IMG/VR virus record: IMGVR_UViG_3300015262_000011
From: an uncultured virus (IMG/VR IMGVR_UViG_3300015262_000011)
Lineage: Duplodnaviria; Heunggongvirae; Uroviricota; Caudoviricetes
Strand: one strand, 5' to 3'
Length of the DNA: 64,000 nt
Made by a program: the position numbers and the translations under genes. Under the pieces are notes generated by a model. It was given only the letters and a program-made list of their open reading frames with translations, was not told where the DNA came from and did not search any database. The first letter of the stretch is position 1; each line of letters starts with the position of its first letter. Shown piece after piece: positions 27,663 through 37,102 of the stretch.

Positions 27663-28456
27663 GGGGTGTAACGCTTCCTGTAGCCGATCTTCGCCAGCTC
27701 GGCCTGCACTTCCTCCGGAGACGCCGTCATGAAGTCCACCGGCGGCGGCGCCCCACGCGACCCCTGACCGGGATCCGGCCGCGGCTTCGGCTTCTGCTCA
27801 GCCGCCGGAACGGCTACGGGGGCCGGTTCGGGCTTCGCCCAGTGCGGCTTCCGCTCAAGCAGATCCGCCAGGGCCGCCTCGATGGCGTCGGTGTCGATCG
27901 TCCCGTCGCTGTCGACGTACTGCGACGGATCCCGCATCAGCACATCCGTCGCGTCACTGGCATCCGCGAACTGCGACATGGCGAGAACCCTGATCTCCGA
28001 CTTCACAGACTGCGCCACCGCCTTGGCGGCTTGCTGCTGCGCCCGCTCGGCCAGCGCCTGCGCCTTCTCCAGGTCGCTCTTCTTCGCGTCCTCGAACTCC
28101 TGCACCTTCCGGGCGAGATCAGCGGCCTTGCGCCGCTCCTCCGCCGCAGCCTTCTTCGCGGCGGCGGCCTCCTTCTTCGCCGCGGCGCGCTCCGCCTTCA
28201 TGCGGTCGAGGGCCTTCTTACCGGCGTCTCCGAGCTCCTCGGGATCCGGATCGTCGCCGTCACCCGGCTCGGGATCGTCGCCCTCCGGGCCGTCGCCTTC
28301 CGCGGCCTCCGCGAGAAGCCGCTGAGCCTCCGCGTCCTCGTCACCCTCAGGCTCCGTACCCGCGCCTTCCGGGTTCGGCTCGGGGTCGTCATGCCGGGCC
28401 ACGGCGAACCATGCAGCTCGGGCTGCAGGCAGCCAGGACAGTCGTGTTGCGTTCAT
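27659..28456 (-). CDS. Capsid scaffolding protein
   Basis: Acidic N-terminus, LGDAGKKAL..MK.ER coiled coil, KPHW, PDPGQG. Confidence 0.88.
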   Translation of the reverse strand: MNATRLSWLPAARAAWFAVARHDDPEPNPEGAGTEPEGDEDAEAQRLLAEAAEGDGPEGDDPEPGDGDDPDPEELGDAGKKALDRMKAERAAAKKEAAAAKKAAAEERRKAADLARKVQEFEDAKKSDLEKAQALAERAQQQAAKAVAQSVKSEIRVLAMSQFADASDATDVLMRDPSQYVDSDGTIDTDAIEAALADLLERKPHWAKPEPAPVAVPAAEQKPKPRPDPGQGSRGAPPPVDFMTASPEEVQAELAKIGYRKRYTP

Positions 28457-28527
28457 CTGTGGAAACTCCCGTTGCGGGATCGGACTCGCACCGTTGCGGC
28501 GCGAGAGTTCTAGATCGCGGGCACGCG

Positions 28528-28552
28528 AAAAAGGGCCCCCTTGCGGAGCCCC
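28528..28552 (-). terminator. GCAA-tetraloop terminator
   Basis: GGGCTCC-GCAA-GGGGGCCC-TTTTT on the minus strand. Confidence 0.6.
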
Positions 28553-28576
28553 TCAGTGGTAGATCAGTAGCGACGG

Positions 28577-28843
28577 TCAGCTCTTGAGCGAGCCGTCAGC
28601 GTTCCAGCCGTCGGGAATGGCATCGAGTGCACCCAGAGCCTTGGCTCGCTTCAGGATGAAACGCCGCACCTTCGCGCGAGCTTCGTCCGTGGGCGGCTGC
28701 ACCCGGCCCACGGCTCGGATCGCGTTCGCCAGATCCGCTCGGCTCGCGATGTTGAAGCGCCCGGGACGGCTCTGCCCTGGCGCAGGCATCGCCTGCCCCC
28801 GTTGCACCATCTGACGCATCTGCTTGGCGTCCGGTTGGGCCAT
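28577..28843 (-). CDS. Small head-module protein (DUF6582-like)
   Basis: RFNI....DL.NAI.AVGR...V.RFI.KRA.ALG...IP..W. Confidence 0.65.
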   Translation of the reverse strand: MAQPDAKQMRQMVQRGQAMPAPGQSRPGRFNIASRADLANAIRAVGRVQPPTDEARAKVRRFILKRAKALGALDAIPDGWNADGSLKS

Positions 28844-28855
28844 CGAACCTCCTGA

Positions 28856-29899
28856 TCAGTGCAGGTATCCGAAGCGCCGCAAGAGCCTGATCAGCTCGTC
28901 GCGGTCCTCGGACAACTTGAAGATCTCCCCCGGCGTCAGCCGCGGCGTCCTCAGATGAAAGCGCGGCAGCCCCTGCTCTACGTCGGCCGCACTATGAGCG
29001 AACCGCTGCCCCGTCCGCTGCTCCGTCTCGCGGCGCATCTGCTGGAAGAACTCGCCGCGCCGCGTCGTGCCCTCAAGCGTCGCCACAACCTTCTGCCCAT
29101 AGGCGTCCAACGTGATCGTGGAACGGCCCGCGTTGACCACCTTGTAGATGTCGGCGCCGTTGCGGATCGCCGTCGCCCCGCCAACCCCAAACCGGCGATC
29201 CTGCTCGGCCCGGGACAGGTTGCTGAAGAAGCTCATCGGATTCAGGCGGCGGCCCGGCCGCGCGTCCGTCGCGGGTACGCCGTAGCACTGGCAGCGCTTG
29301 TGTCTCTGGAAGTCGGCGTTGTACCGGTACCAGCGGCCAGCCAGGATCACACACCTTGAGCAGGCGCCCGCCCGCACCATGCGGACGTAGCCAGTCACCC
29401 GATGGTTGGCGACCATCGCCACCCCGGCAGCGCCCCTGCCCGCATCCGCGACCTCTGAGGCGGCCATCCGCTGCAACTGGAACAGCCCGGACGTCATCGC
29501 CTCCTGCAGCGTCAGCCCGCCCTGAATCAAGGTCTTGGTGCGGATCACCGGCAGATACAGCAGGCTGTCCAGAGTCCGCCCGTCCGCCGCTGCCCCAGAA
29601 AACTGGCGCGGCTGCACGTGCGAGGCGCCCTCGCTGTAGTCGTTACCCAGGCCGTCCGCGCGAACCATGGCCTCGATGTACGGCTGCCCGCTGCTCGCCG
29701 CGACCAGTTGGCCGGCGGCGACCGCCCGGACCATCGCCGGACCGAGCCCGTTCAGCCAGGACCGGGACAGGTCGTTGCCCTGCAGCCGCTTCCACAGCCG
29801 CTCAACGGTCAGGGTGGTCCGCAAAACGGCCCGCTGCTGCGCTGCCCCGTAGGCGGACACGATCGCCTCGTGCGCCCGCGTGTCCACCACCACGGCCAT
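28856..29899 (-). CDS. Minor capsid / head morphogenesis protein (MuF-like)
   Basis: ACSRCVILAG...FQRHKRCQC; position after portal. Confidence 0.82.
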   Translation of the reverse strand: MAVVVDTRAHEAIVSAYGAAQQRAVLRTTLTVERLWKRLQGNDLSRSWLNGLGPAMVRAVAAGQLVAASSGQPYIEAMVRADGLGNDYSEGASHVQPRQFSGAAADGRTLDSLLYLPVIRTKTLIQGGLTLQEAMTSGLFQLQRMAASEVADAGRGAAGVAMVANHRVTGYVRMVRAGACSRCVILAGRWYRYNADFQRHKRCQCYGVPATDARPGRRLNPMSFFSNLSRAEQDRRFGVGGATAIRNGADIYKVVNAGRSTITLDAYGQKVVATLEGTTRRGEFFQQMRRETEQRTGQRFAHSAADVEQGLPRFHLRTPRLTPGEIFKLSEDRDELIRLLRRFGYLH

Positions 29900-31317
29900 C
29901 AGGCCGCCCCCGGCACCGCAGCGGGCTCAGCAGGCGGAGCCGCCGGCTCAGGAACCGTCGACGGCTCCGCCGGGGCGGTGCTCAGCTGATGCAGGTCCAT
30001 CGCCGTCATCCGGGTCAAGGCGTCGTCCTGCATCGCCCGCATCCGAACCCGCTGCTCCGCGGAGTACCCCAGATCCTCCCAAGCCTGCTCCGTCGGCAAA
30101 ATCCCCGACGCATGCAGCTTCGTCACCGCATCCGCCCGCTGCGCATACGTCGGCGTCGCCGCATCCCGCCACGCAGTCTCCAGCGACCGCGCCCGCGGAT
30201 CCAGGCTGCCATCCCGCACCAACAGCGCGAGCCGCATCACCTTCTCCCACGCCTCACCGAACGCCCGCTGCCTGCGCTCCGCACGCTTCACCAGACGGGC
30301 CTCAGAGGCGCGAATCGCATCCGCCGACGGCGGCTGATCCGTCGCCAAACCCAGAAACGACGGCGGCAAACCCGTCAACGCGGCCACCAGCCGGGCCAGC
30401 TGATTCAGGGTCTCGTGGAAGTTCGTCAGCTGCGTCTCAGCGAACTGCCCGAACTGCACCTTGTCCGACTCGTTCACCCACAGACGCCCAGCCAGCGACG
30501 ACATCGCCCCCAACGGCTGCCCGTTCTCGTCGGCGAAATCATCCCGCGACATGCCCGTCGCCCACCGGCGCGGCATCGCGTGATACTCGGCCGCCACCAT
30601 CATGTCCGTGGCAATCTTGCAGGCCGCATCCGACAGCGGGACCACCGCGCGCAGCTCCGACGTGCCGTCCATGTGCCGCAGCCGAGGGCGATTCGCCAAC
30701 GTCACCACCAGCAGCTGGCCCAGCTTGTGCTCATCCCGGTCAACCTCGACCCAAGCACCCTTCCGCTTCTCGAACTGCACCCGCATATCCGGCAGATACA
30801 GCATCGCGTTCTGCTGCGCCGCCGCCCCAGGAGCAGCCGGATCCTCCCACCGCTTGACCGCGGCAATCTCCTGCCGGGTACGCGGATCCCGCTCCGCAAA
30901 CACCTCCAGCGCAGACTCAGCCGTGATGATCGGCGTCGACTCGTCCTTGTCGTTCGCGCCGATCACCGCATACGCCCGTTTCAACGCCAGCGCATCCACA
31001 TGCGCCTGCTGCGAACCCTCATCCAAGTCGTTCGCCTGCCAGATCTCCCACAGATCATCCGCGGTCGTCTCCGACTTGGCGTACCGGAAGCCCTCGACGT
31101 CGAGGCGCTCATCCAGGGCATCCACCACCAGTTGCGGCCAGTTGATGACCACCTGCCGCATCCGATCCGAAAGCTCCGCCTGAATCTCCGGGGCCATATA
31201 CGACAGCGGCTGCACACCCTCGTAGTAGGCGTCCATCAGCTTCAAATCCGGCAAATCCCGGTCATGGCACTGAATCAGCCTGTTCAGCCACGCCAACGGG
31301 TCCAAGTCGAGAGCCAC
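29899..31317 (-). CDS. Portal protein (SPP1 gp6-like)
   Basis: YYEGVQ, NWPQLVVDALDERL.VEGF, WQANDLDE, SADAIRASEARL. Confidence 0.93.
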   Translation of the reverse strand: MALDLDPLAWLNRLIQCHDRDLPDLKLMDAYYEGVQPLSYMAPEIQAELSDRMRQVVINWPQLVVDALDERLDVEGFRYAKSETTADDLWEIWQANDLDEGSQQAHVDALALKRAYAVIGANDKDESTPIITAESALEVFAERDPRTRQEIAAVKRWEDPAAPGAAAQQNAMLYLPDMRVQFEKRKGAWVEVDRDEHKLGQLLVVTLANRPRLRHMDGTSELRAVVPLSDAACKIATDMMVAAEYHAMPRRWATGMSRDDFADENGQPLGAMSSLAGRLWVNESDKVQFGQFAETQLTNFHETLNQLARLVAALTGLPPSFLGLATDQPPSADAIRASEARLVKRAERRQRAFGEAWEKVMRLALLVRDGSLDPRARSLETAWRDAATPTYAQRADAVTKLHASGILPTEQAWEDLGYSAEQRVRMRAMQDDALTRMTAMDLHQLSTAPAEPSTVPEPAAPPAEPAAVPGAA

Positions 31318-31333
31318 GCGACACCCCCGATCG

Positions 31334-32995
31334 TCACCGCATCACAGTCGTCTTCCGGGACTTCTTCGGCTTGCCCTCGCCAGCCGCGATCGCGTCGCCG
31401 GCCGCTTCGTGGGCGAGGACGGATACGACACCGAGGTCGATCTTCTGGTGCGGGGCTGCCTTGCGCAGTACATACCGGCCCGCGGGGCGGGCCGCCTTGC
31501 GGGCGTGACCAATGTGCGATGACGTGTCCTCACAACCGTCGTGCGTGAAGGTCGAATTGGCCTTCGTCGCATCAGTCAGGAGCCGCTCACACGCGGCATG
31601 CATCTGTGCAGCCCGCTGCGTGTACCAGCGAACCACCCGCTTCTCGCCGTACCGCTCTGCCCACGTGTCGACCTCGGTCTCCCAGTACGGGGGATCGCAG
31701 TACGCGCGCACCACCTGGTAGCGCCGCATCAGCTCATCCATGGCGGCATCCACCTCGAGGCGTGGCGTCTGGCCGCCCCACTCGGACGGATCCCAGATCG
31801 TCGGCAACTCCAACGAGCTGTACACCGGCGTGAACTGGTAGCCGTCCAGCGTCTCAAGCCGGATACCCGTCCAGTCGTCGATGTCAGAGCCGTCGAAGCC
31901 CAACGTCACCGGCGTGCCGTCCGGGACGTACCGCGGGGCCGCCCGCAAATCCCAGCGGTCCCGGGCCAGCCACGTACCCGTACCCGCCGTGATCCGGTTG
32001 CCGAAGAACCGTTCTGCCTGCGCCTGGTCCCGCTCGATGAGCTCGGCCGCCTCAGCTTCGATGGCGTCCAGGTCGACCCACCACGAGTCGCCATACACCG
32101 CCTTATGGATCTTCCGACGGTCCGCCTTCTTCGCGTAGTCCAGATCGGCGGGCGCCTTGCGGAAGTCGCGGAAGATGTCCTTGACCTTTGCCTCGAACGT
32201 CCGCTGCGCGACGCTGTTCTCCGACGGGTCCCAGCCGTTGGTGGTCTCCGTAGACCGACCGCCCATGCCCGCCAGACCGCGGCGCTGCGTGTCGGCGACC
32301 TTCTGCATCTTGTTCTCGGTCGTCCAGATGCCCGTCTCGTCCTGCGGGGTGAACGTGACGCGCTGCCCGAGGCGGGACTGCGCCGACGAGGTGACGGTAT
32401 CGATCCGGCCGCCACCCGGGAGCCGGATGAACTCCTCACCCGTCTTCGGGATCATTTCCGACAACGGACCCTTGTCGATCATCGGGCGCAGGGCACCGTA
32501 GATGTTGTCCGTCTGCTCCTCGGAGAATGCCGTGATCTGGATCAGCGGGGTCGGCCACGGCATGCCCATCGGCTCGCCAGGCTCGAACACGTAGGGCTCG
32601 TTGTCGTGGCGGCTTGTCCCCCATCCGCAACCACAGCCAAACAGGCGGCAGTCGTACACCTCGCCGCCAGTTGCCCAGCCCGCGAACACAGCCGGGCCAA
32701 CACCCTCCACGCACACCTGTGACGCCGTTAGCGGTCCCTTGCCCCACTTCTGGGGCCGCACCAACTGCGACCGCCGGTAGTGGAATGCGGACGCTGGCGA
32801 CAGCATCGAACGTTCCCGCGTCGCCTCCGGCTTCACCCGGTAGTGGTTCAGGTAAAACCACAGCATCTCGTCCGTCAGGACATACGGCTCACCAGCAGAA
32901 AAGCCGTCAGGGATGACGCAATGCGCCTCTACCCAGTCGGCAATCAAGAACCCGAGCGTGGGCCACTGGACGACCTGCTCACTCGGCTCCGTCAC
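31334..32995 (-). CDS. terL: Terminase large subunit
   Basis: RPQKWGKG Walker A, QDE Walker B, LGFDGS and YCDPPYW nuclease motifs, KID. Confidence 0.93.
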   Translation of the reverse strand: MTEPSEQVVQWPTLGFLIADWVEAHCVIPDGFSAGEPYVLTDEMLWFYLNHYRVKPEATRERSMLSPASAFHYRRSQLVRPQKWGKGPLTASQVCVEGVGPAVFAGWATGGEVYDCRLFGCGCGWGTSRHDNEPYVFEPGEPMGMPWPTPLIQITAFSEEQTDNIYGALRPMIDKGPLSEMIPKTGEEFIRLPGGGRIDTVTSSAQSRLGQRVTFTPQDETGIWTTENKMQKVADTQRRGLAGMGGRSTETTNGWDPSENSVAQRTFEAKVKDIFRDFRKAPADLDYAKKADRRKIHKAVYGDSWWVDLDAIEAEAAELIERDQAQAERFFGNRITAGTGTWLARDRWDLRAAPRYVPDGTPVTLGFDGSDIDDWTGIRLETLDGYQFTPVYSSLELPTIWDPSEWGGQTPRLEVDAAMDELMRRYQVVRAYCDPPYWETEVDTWAERYGEKRVVRWYTQRAAQMHAACERLLTDATKANSTFTHDGCEDTSSHIGHARKAARPAGRYVLRKAAPHQKIDLGVVSVLAHEAAGDAIAAGEGKPKKSRKTTVMR

Positions 32996-33449
32996 CGGGC
33001 ACGACCTTGAACCGGTCCCGAGCCGTGCGCCGCGCCGCAGGCTGCTTCGCAGCGTTCTCGCGCCGCTCCGCCACCTCATCCGCCGCGATCCGCCACCGGT
33101 TCGCCCGCATCCCCGGCGTCGTCAGCCCAAGCGAATCCGCCATCTGCCGAACCAGCGTCGACAAGTTGACCCGCGACTCCAGCTCCTCGGCCTCAGAAAG
33201 GCGGCGCACATACAGCGCCACCTCAAGCTCCTGGCCGAACCGCTCCCACATGATCGCCTGCGGCATCCGCCACAGCCGCTTCCACAGCTCGCACTCTCGG
33301 ATCAGCTGCTCCGTCAGCGGCCACTCGGGCGTTGCACCCTGACGGCCTTCCTGGGGAAGGATCGTCCACTCGCCGGCATCACGGTCACGCCGAAGCGCAT
33401 TCGGGTCGGGGGCGGGACCAGAGCGTGCTCGTGCTCCACCACTCGGCAT
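32979..33449 (-). CDS. terS: Terminase small subunit
   Basis: GGARARSGPAPDP...LGLTTPGMRANRW; directly upstream of terL. Confidence 0.88.
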   Translation of the reverse strand: MPSGGARARSGPAPDPNALRRDRDAGEWTILPQEGRQGATPEWPLTEQLIRECELWKRLWRMPQAIMWERFGQELEVALYVRRLSEAEELESRVNLSTLVRQMADSLGLTTPGMRANRWRIAADEVAERRENAAKQPAARRTARDRFKVVPGDGAE

Positions 33450-33576
33450 ATCGGTACTCCTTGAGTCGCGCCATTGCGGCGCTCATCCCGACCGGCATTG
33501 CGCACGATCGGCCGTACATGACGAAACCCTTGGCAAGCGGGGGCTCCTGACCCTCGGCGTGAACCCGAGGGAAGTC

Positions 33577-34284
33577 TTAGGCGGCCAGGGGTGGGCCCTC
33601 GTCGCCGATGCGGTTGTTCTTCGCGGTGTTGCACCCCAGGTGCGCCAAGTCGACGTTCGACGGATCATGCGCGCCACCCCTCGACAGGGGTATGCGGTGA
33701 TCCAGGCTCGGACTCTTCGCGTCTGGCCACTTCACCAGCGGGTCGACGGGCTGCCTACAGAGGCTGCACTGCCAGCCGTCCCGCTCGGCAATCTCCGACA
33801 GCAGCACTGGCTCCCCCGTCGATGCCGCCTTCTTAAGGGCCCGCCGGCGGTGATAGCTGTCGCGCCGCTTGTCGTTCCACGGACCCGGCTTTTGACGGCC
33901 GTCAGCGCGAGACTCGCGGTTGTACAGGAGCTTGCTGTGCTTCTCCGAGCAGCAGCGCTGACCGGTCTTCCAGGGCTGGAACGTGGCGCCACACTCCGTT
34001 AGAGCGCAGGAGGTGGGCGGCAACTGCTCGGCCAGTCTCTTTCCGTGCTTGATCTCGTTGCAGCGCCGTGAGCAGTAGCGGGCCTGCATAGGCTTCGACG
34101 AGATGTCGCTACCGCAGCCCACGCATGACCGCATCGCGGGTCGTACCTCGCCAGGGTGGCGTATGGACCAGTTACGACAGGCCCTGTTGCACCACACTTG
34201 CGGATTCCGGTCCCGCGGGCCCGGTTCAAAGGACTGCTGGCACCCTGGACATATTCGTGGTTGCTTCACGCGCTCTCCAGACAT
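33577..34284 (-). CDS. HNH endonuclease with N-terminal repeated Zn-finger motifs
   Basis: ERDGWQCSLC...SLDHRIPLSRGGAHD..NV..AHLGCN..K; three CxxC...CxxxC units. Confidence 0.9.
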   Translation of the reverse strand: MSGERVKQPRICPGCQQSFEPGPRDRNPQVWCNRACRNWSIRHPGEVRPAMRSCVGCGSDISSKPMQARYCSRRCNEIKHGKRLAEQLPPTSCALTECGATFQPWKTGQRCCSEKHSKLLYNRESRADGRQKPGPWNDKRRDSYHRRRALKKAASTGEPVLLSEIAERDGWQCSLCRQPVDPLVKWPDAKSPSLDHRIPLSRGGAHDPSNVDLAHLGCNTAKNNRIGDEGPPLAA

Positions 34285-34502
34285 GGCGGAACCCCCGACG
34301 TCTGGAGTCGTCGGGGGTTCCTGGCCCTCGGGAGCTACCCTCGGGCTGCTTACGGCGTGTAGTTAACGATCAAGAGAGTTTTGGATCTTGAAAATCCTGA
34401 ACCCGGCTCGCCCCTTGTAGACATCCCCGGCGGTCCCGGCTGTGATCACCTAGACCGCTCCCCCCTGGGTTCGATCACGCTCGCGGCCACGGAGCGTGAC
34501 CG

Positions 34503-34763
34503 TCACGGCTCGTCGTCCGCCTCCCGCGTGCTCCTGCTCTCGATGGTCTCGGCGACCCGGAGCATGCCGACGCGTTCGATCCAGCCGATGCCCTGGTGGG
34601 CGAGGCTGAGCCGGGTGTCACCGTCGGCCTGCACGACCTTGAGGAGGACCATGGCGCCGGCGACGAGTTCGCCAGGCTCGACGGTCGCTTCGATGCCGAG
34701 GCTGTCGAGGACGTCGCCGATCGGTCGCGTCTCGCTGTTTGCGTTGTCGTCCCACCCGCTCAC
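34503..34763 (-). CDS. Hypothetical protein
   Basis: Clean ORF, coupled overlap. Confidence 0.65.
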   Translation of the reverse strand: MSGWDDNANSETRPIGDVLDSLGIEATVEPGELVAGAMVLLKVVQADGDTRLSLAHQGIGWIERVGMLRVAETIESRSTREADDEP

Positions 34764-35092
34764 GCGTCACCACTCGGTGGCGTCAGGGTGAGGGTGAGTC
34801 GGGCGAGCTGCTGCATGGTCTGGTCAGGGATGCGGAAGCCGTGGCCGCAGGGGGTGAAGTCGACGTGCGTGTCGAGCGTCATGCGGCAGTCCTTCACGGC
34901 CACGTTCTGGGGTGTCGTGCCGCATGCCGGGCAGGCGGGCAGGGGTGGAGGCATCTCGCTCAGGGGCGACCAGTGCAGCAGGTCGAAGTTGCGGCGTCGG
35001 TCTCGCACCGTCTGCTGGTAGTCGATGAGCGCGCGATGCAGGGCTTCTGCCTCGTCGAGGCTCAGGGTGCTGCGTTCGGCCATGCTCGCCAT
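34760..35092 (-). CDS. Hypothetical Zn-ribbon protein
   Basis: CPACG...PCGH. Confidence 0.6.
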   Translation of the reverse strand: MASMAERSTLSLDEAEALHRALIDYQQTVRDRRRNFDLLHWSPLSEMPPPLPACPACGTTPQNVAVKDCRMTLDTHVDFTPCGHGFRIPDQTMQQLARLTLTLTPPSGDA

Positions 35093-35108
35093 GCTCCCAC
35101 CGTTGCGG

Positions 35109-35504
35109 TCAGGTACGTCGGTTCCAGCCACCTTGCTGGGCGGGGTCGGCTGCCGTCGACTTGGAATGGCACGAGGTGCAGAGCCCGCGCCCGTGCTTCG
35201 GGTCGTTGGGGTCTTCGCCGACTGCTACGAGTTCGCGTCTGCTCATCGGCCAGTGGTCGGCGTGTTTGCTGGGCTGGCCGCAGCGCGGGCCGTGGCCGTG
35301 GGCCTCGTCGCCGCAGACGCAGTGCGGGTCGCGCGCGAGGACGGCGGGTCGGAAGCGCTGCTCGTGCTGTTTTCCGTAGCCCCTCTGCCGTGCGGTCCCG
35401 CGCTTCTGCTCTGCCTTGCGCTTGCAGTCCTCGCACTTGCCGCCCTGCGTGAACTCGGGGCAGGTCGGCGTCGAGCAGATTCGCCAGCCTCCACGTCCGG
35501 CCAT
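35109..35504 (-). CDS. Terminase-associated HNH endonuclease
   Basis: RGYG..H...VLARDPHC...ADHWP...GRGLCTSCHS.ST. Confidence 0.85.
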   Translation of the reverse strand: MAGRGGWRICSTPTCPEFTQGGKCEDCKRKAEQKRGTARQRGYGKQHEQRFRPAVLARDPHCVCGDEAHGHGPRCGQPSKHADHWPMSRRELVAVGEDPNDPKHGRGLCTSCHSKSTAADPAQQGGWNRRT

Positions 35505-35553
35505 GTTCACCGCTCCTCACGTGGTCTGGGAGGAGCGGTGCAGGGTCCGCGGT

Positions 35554-35910
35554 CTACGGGTTCTCGACGTCCCCGCCGAGGTCGGGCAGTTCGGCAGTGA
35601 GCGGCGCGGTGCGTTCCTCAACCCAGGACTGGTTGCGGCCGTCGGGGTCGGGGATGCGGTCGCCGTTGGTGTCGCGCTTGAACGCCCAGTAGCGGATGAA
35701 GGTGTCGCCCTTGCGGGGCTTGTCGTCTTCGTTGCGGCCGTCGTGTCCGTCGCCGTCGCCGGCGTCGTCGCCGTTGTCGTCGCGTTCGATGCTGATCCAG
35801 CCGGGTGCGAGGTTGCTGGTGTCGATGTGGTTGTCGATCAACCACTGGTCGATGGCAGTCTGGTGCGTGTGCTGTTCTGCGCGGGTGAGGAGTGTGAGGA
35901 CGGTGGTCAT
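35554..35910 (-). CDS. Hypothetical protein
   Basis: GGAGG RBS; MTTVLTLL... Confidence 0.55.
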   Translation of the reverse strand: MTTVLTLLTRAEQHTHQTAIDQWLIDNHIDTSNLAPGWISIERDDNGDDAGDGDGHDGRNEDDKPRKGDTFIRYWAFKRDTNGDRIPDPDGRNQSWVEERTAPLTAELPDLGGDVENP

Positions 35911-36172
35911 GGCAGCCTCCGGCTGGTCGCGTGGCCCCTGTCCGTCTCCTCGGGTTCCCGGTCGGCCGGGGATCATCCGCCAGGTTCAGCGTGCGCGTAG
36001 CTGACCCATCGCGGCCCGGACGAGTTCGCCGCTGAACGGTGCGTCGGGCTGCTGCGATTGGTCGAGCCTCAGTGCCGGGTGCAGGGCGAGACGGCCGTCG
36101 ATGTCGGGCAGCCAGAGGTAGGGCTTGCCGAAGAGCGTGATGCGCTTGCCTGCGGGCACGGCGCCTCTCCCT

Positions 36173-36451
36173 CTATGTCGTGACCCAGTGGCCTTCTGCG
36201 TCTTGGATCATGTCGCGTCCGCATCGTGCGCAGACTCCGACGTTCCCTGGATGCCCGAGCGTGGTCGTCTCGACGGGCTCATGCGCGGTGCAGTTGGCAA
36301 CCGCCTTGCGCAGGGCGATGGCGAACGCTGCTGCGGTTCCGGGCTTGGGCGGGATGCCGAGCAGGTCGTGTTCGAGGACGGCGATGGCCGTGTAGTTCGG
36401 ACGCGACCGAGGCGGCTCAGGCTGGCGCTTGCGACGGAAGCTCAGGGCCAT
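36173..36451 (-). CDS. Hypothetical protein
   Basis: PNYTAIAVLEHDLLGI; CARCG. Confidence 0.6.
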   Translation of the reverse strand: MALSFRRKRQPEPPRSRPNYTAIAVLEHDLLGIPPKPGTAAAFAIALRKAVANCTAHEPVETTTLGHPGNVGVCARCGRDMIQDAEGHWVTT

Positions 36452-36703
36452 GTCGTTACCTTGGGGCGGTGCGAACCGCGGAGTTCGATGAGGACGCCGC
36501 CTGTGCTGGTGGCGGTCTCGCCGAAGCGTGCCGTCCCGCAGTCGCCGAATAGGCAAAAGGCTCGTTCGTCGTCGAAGCCGTGGACGTGCAGGCCTCGGTC
36601 GATGGCATCTTGCATGCGGGGCGGGATGCCGTTGCGGCAGTCGTACATCCGCAGGGCGGGCCCAGTGTCGCGTCGCTGGAGTCTCGTGACGCCAGTGTGG
36701 CAG

Positions 36704-37102
36704 TCAGTGCCGCCACTCGACGGTGTCGCTGGAGCAGGGCTGCACGCTGATGCCGTCCTGATAGACGGCGCGGAGCGGGTTCTCGTGCTCGTCGAGTTCC
36801 TTGAGGGCGTGCCGGAGGAGGCCGCGGAGGATAGCTCGCTCGCGCCCGCTGTCGGGTATCCCGCCGGGCAGGTCGACGTAGCTGAAGGTTTCGCCGTCGG
36901 AGTGGGCGTAGAGCAGCGTGGTCGGCTTCTGCTTGAGCTTGGTCATCTGTTCTAGCGCGTACTCGTTGAGGGTGCGCATGAGGTCTTCGCCGTCGATCGT
37001 GTGGCAGAGAGAGCAGATGCGGACGGACGCGGTCGCGCGGGCTGGCTTGTTGTACTGCCAGGCATGTTCGCACAAGCTGTCGGCGGCAAGGGGTTCGTTC
37101 AT
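36704..37102 (-). CDS. Hypothetical protein
   Basis: CEHAW...RICSLC; coupled overlap. Confidence 0.65.
   Translation of the reverse strand: MNEPLAADSLCEHAWQYNKPARATASVRICSLCHTIDGEDLMRTLNEYALEQMTKLKQKPTTLLYAHSDGETFSYVDLPGGIPDSGRERAILRGLLRHALKELDEHENPLRAVYQDGISVQPCSSDTVEWRH

Noticed and set aside
33530..34350. Group I intron around the HNH gene
   Set aside because: Only simple hairpins are visible; no interrupted gene or recognisable catalytic core
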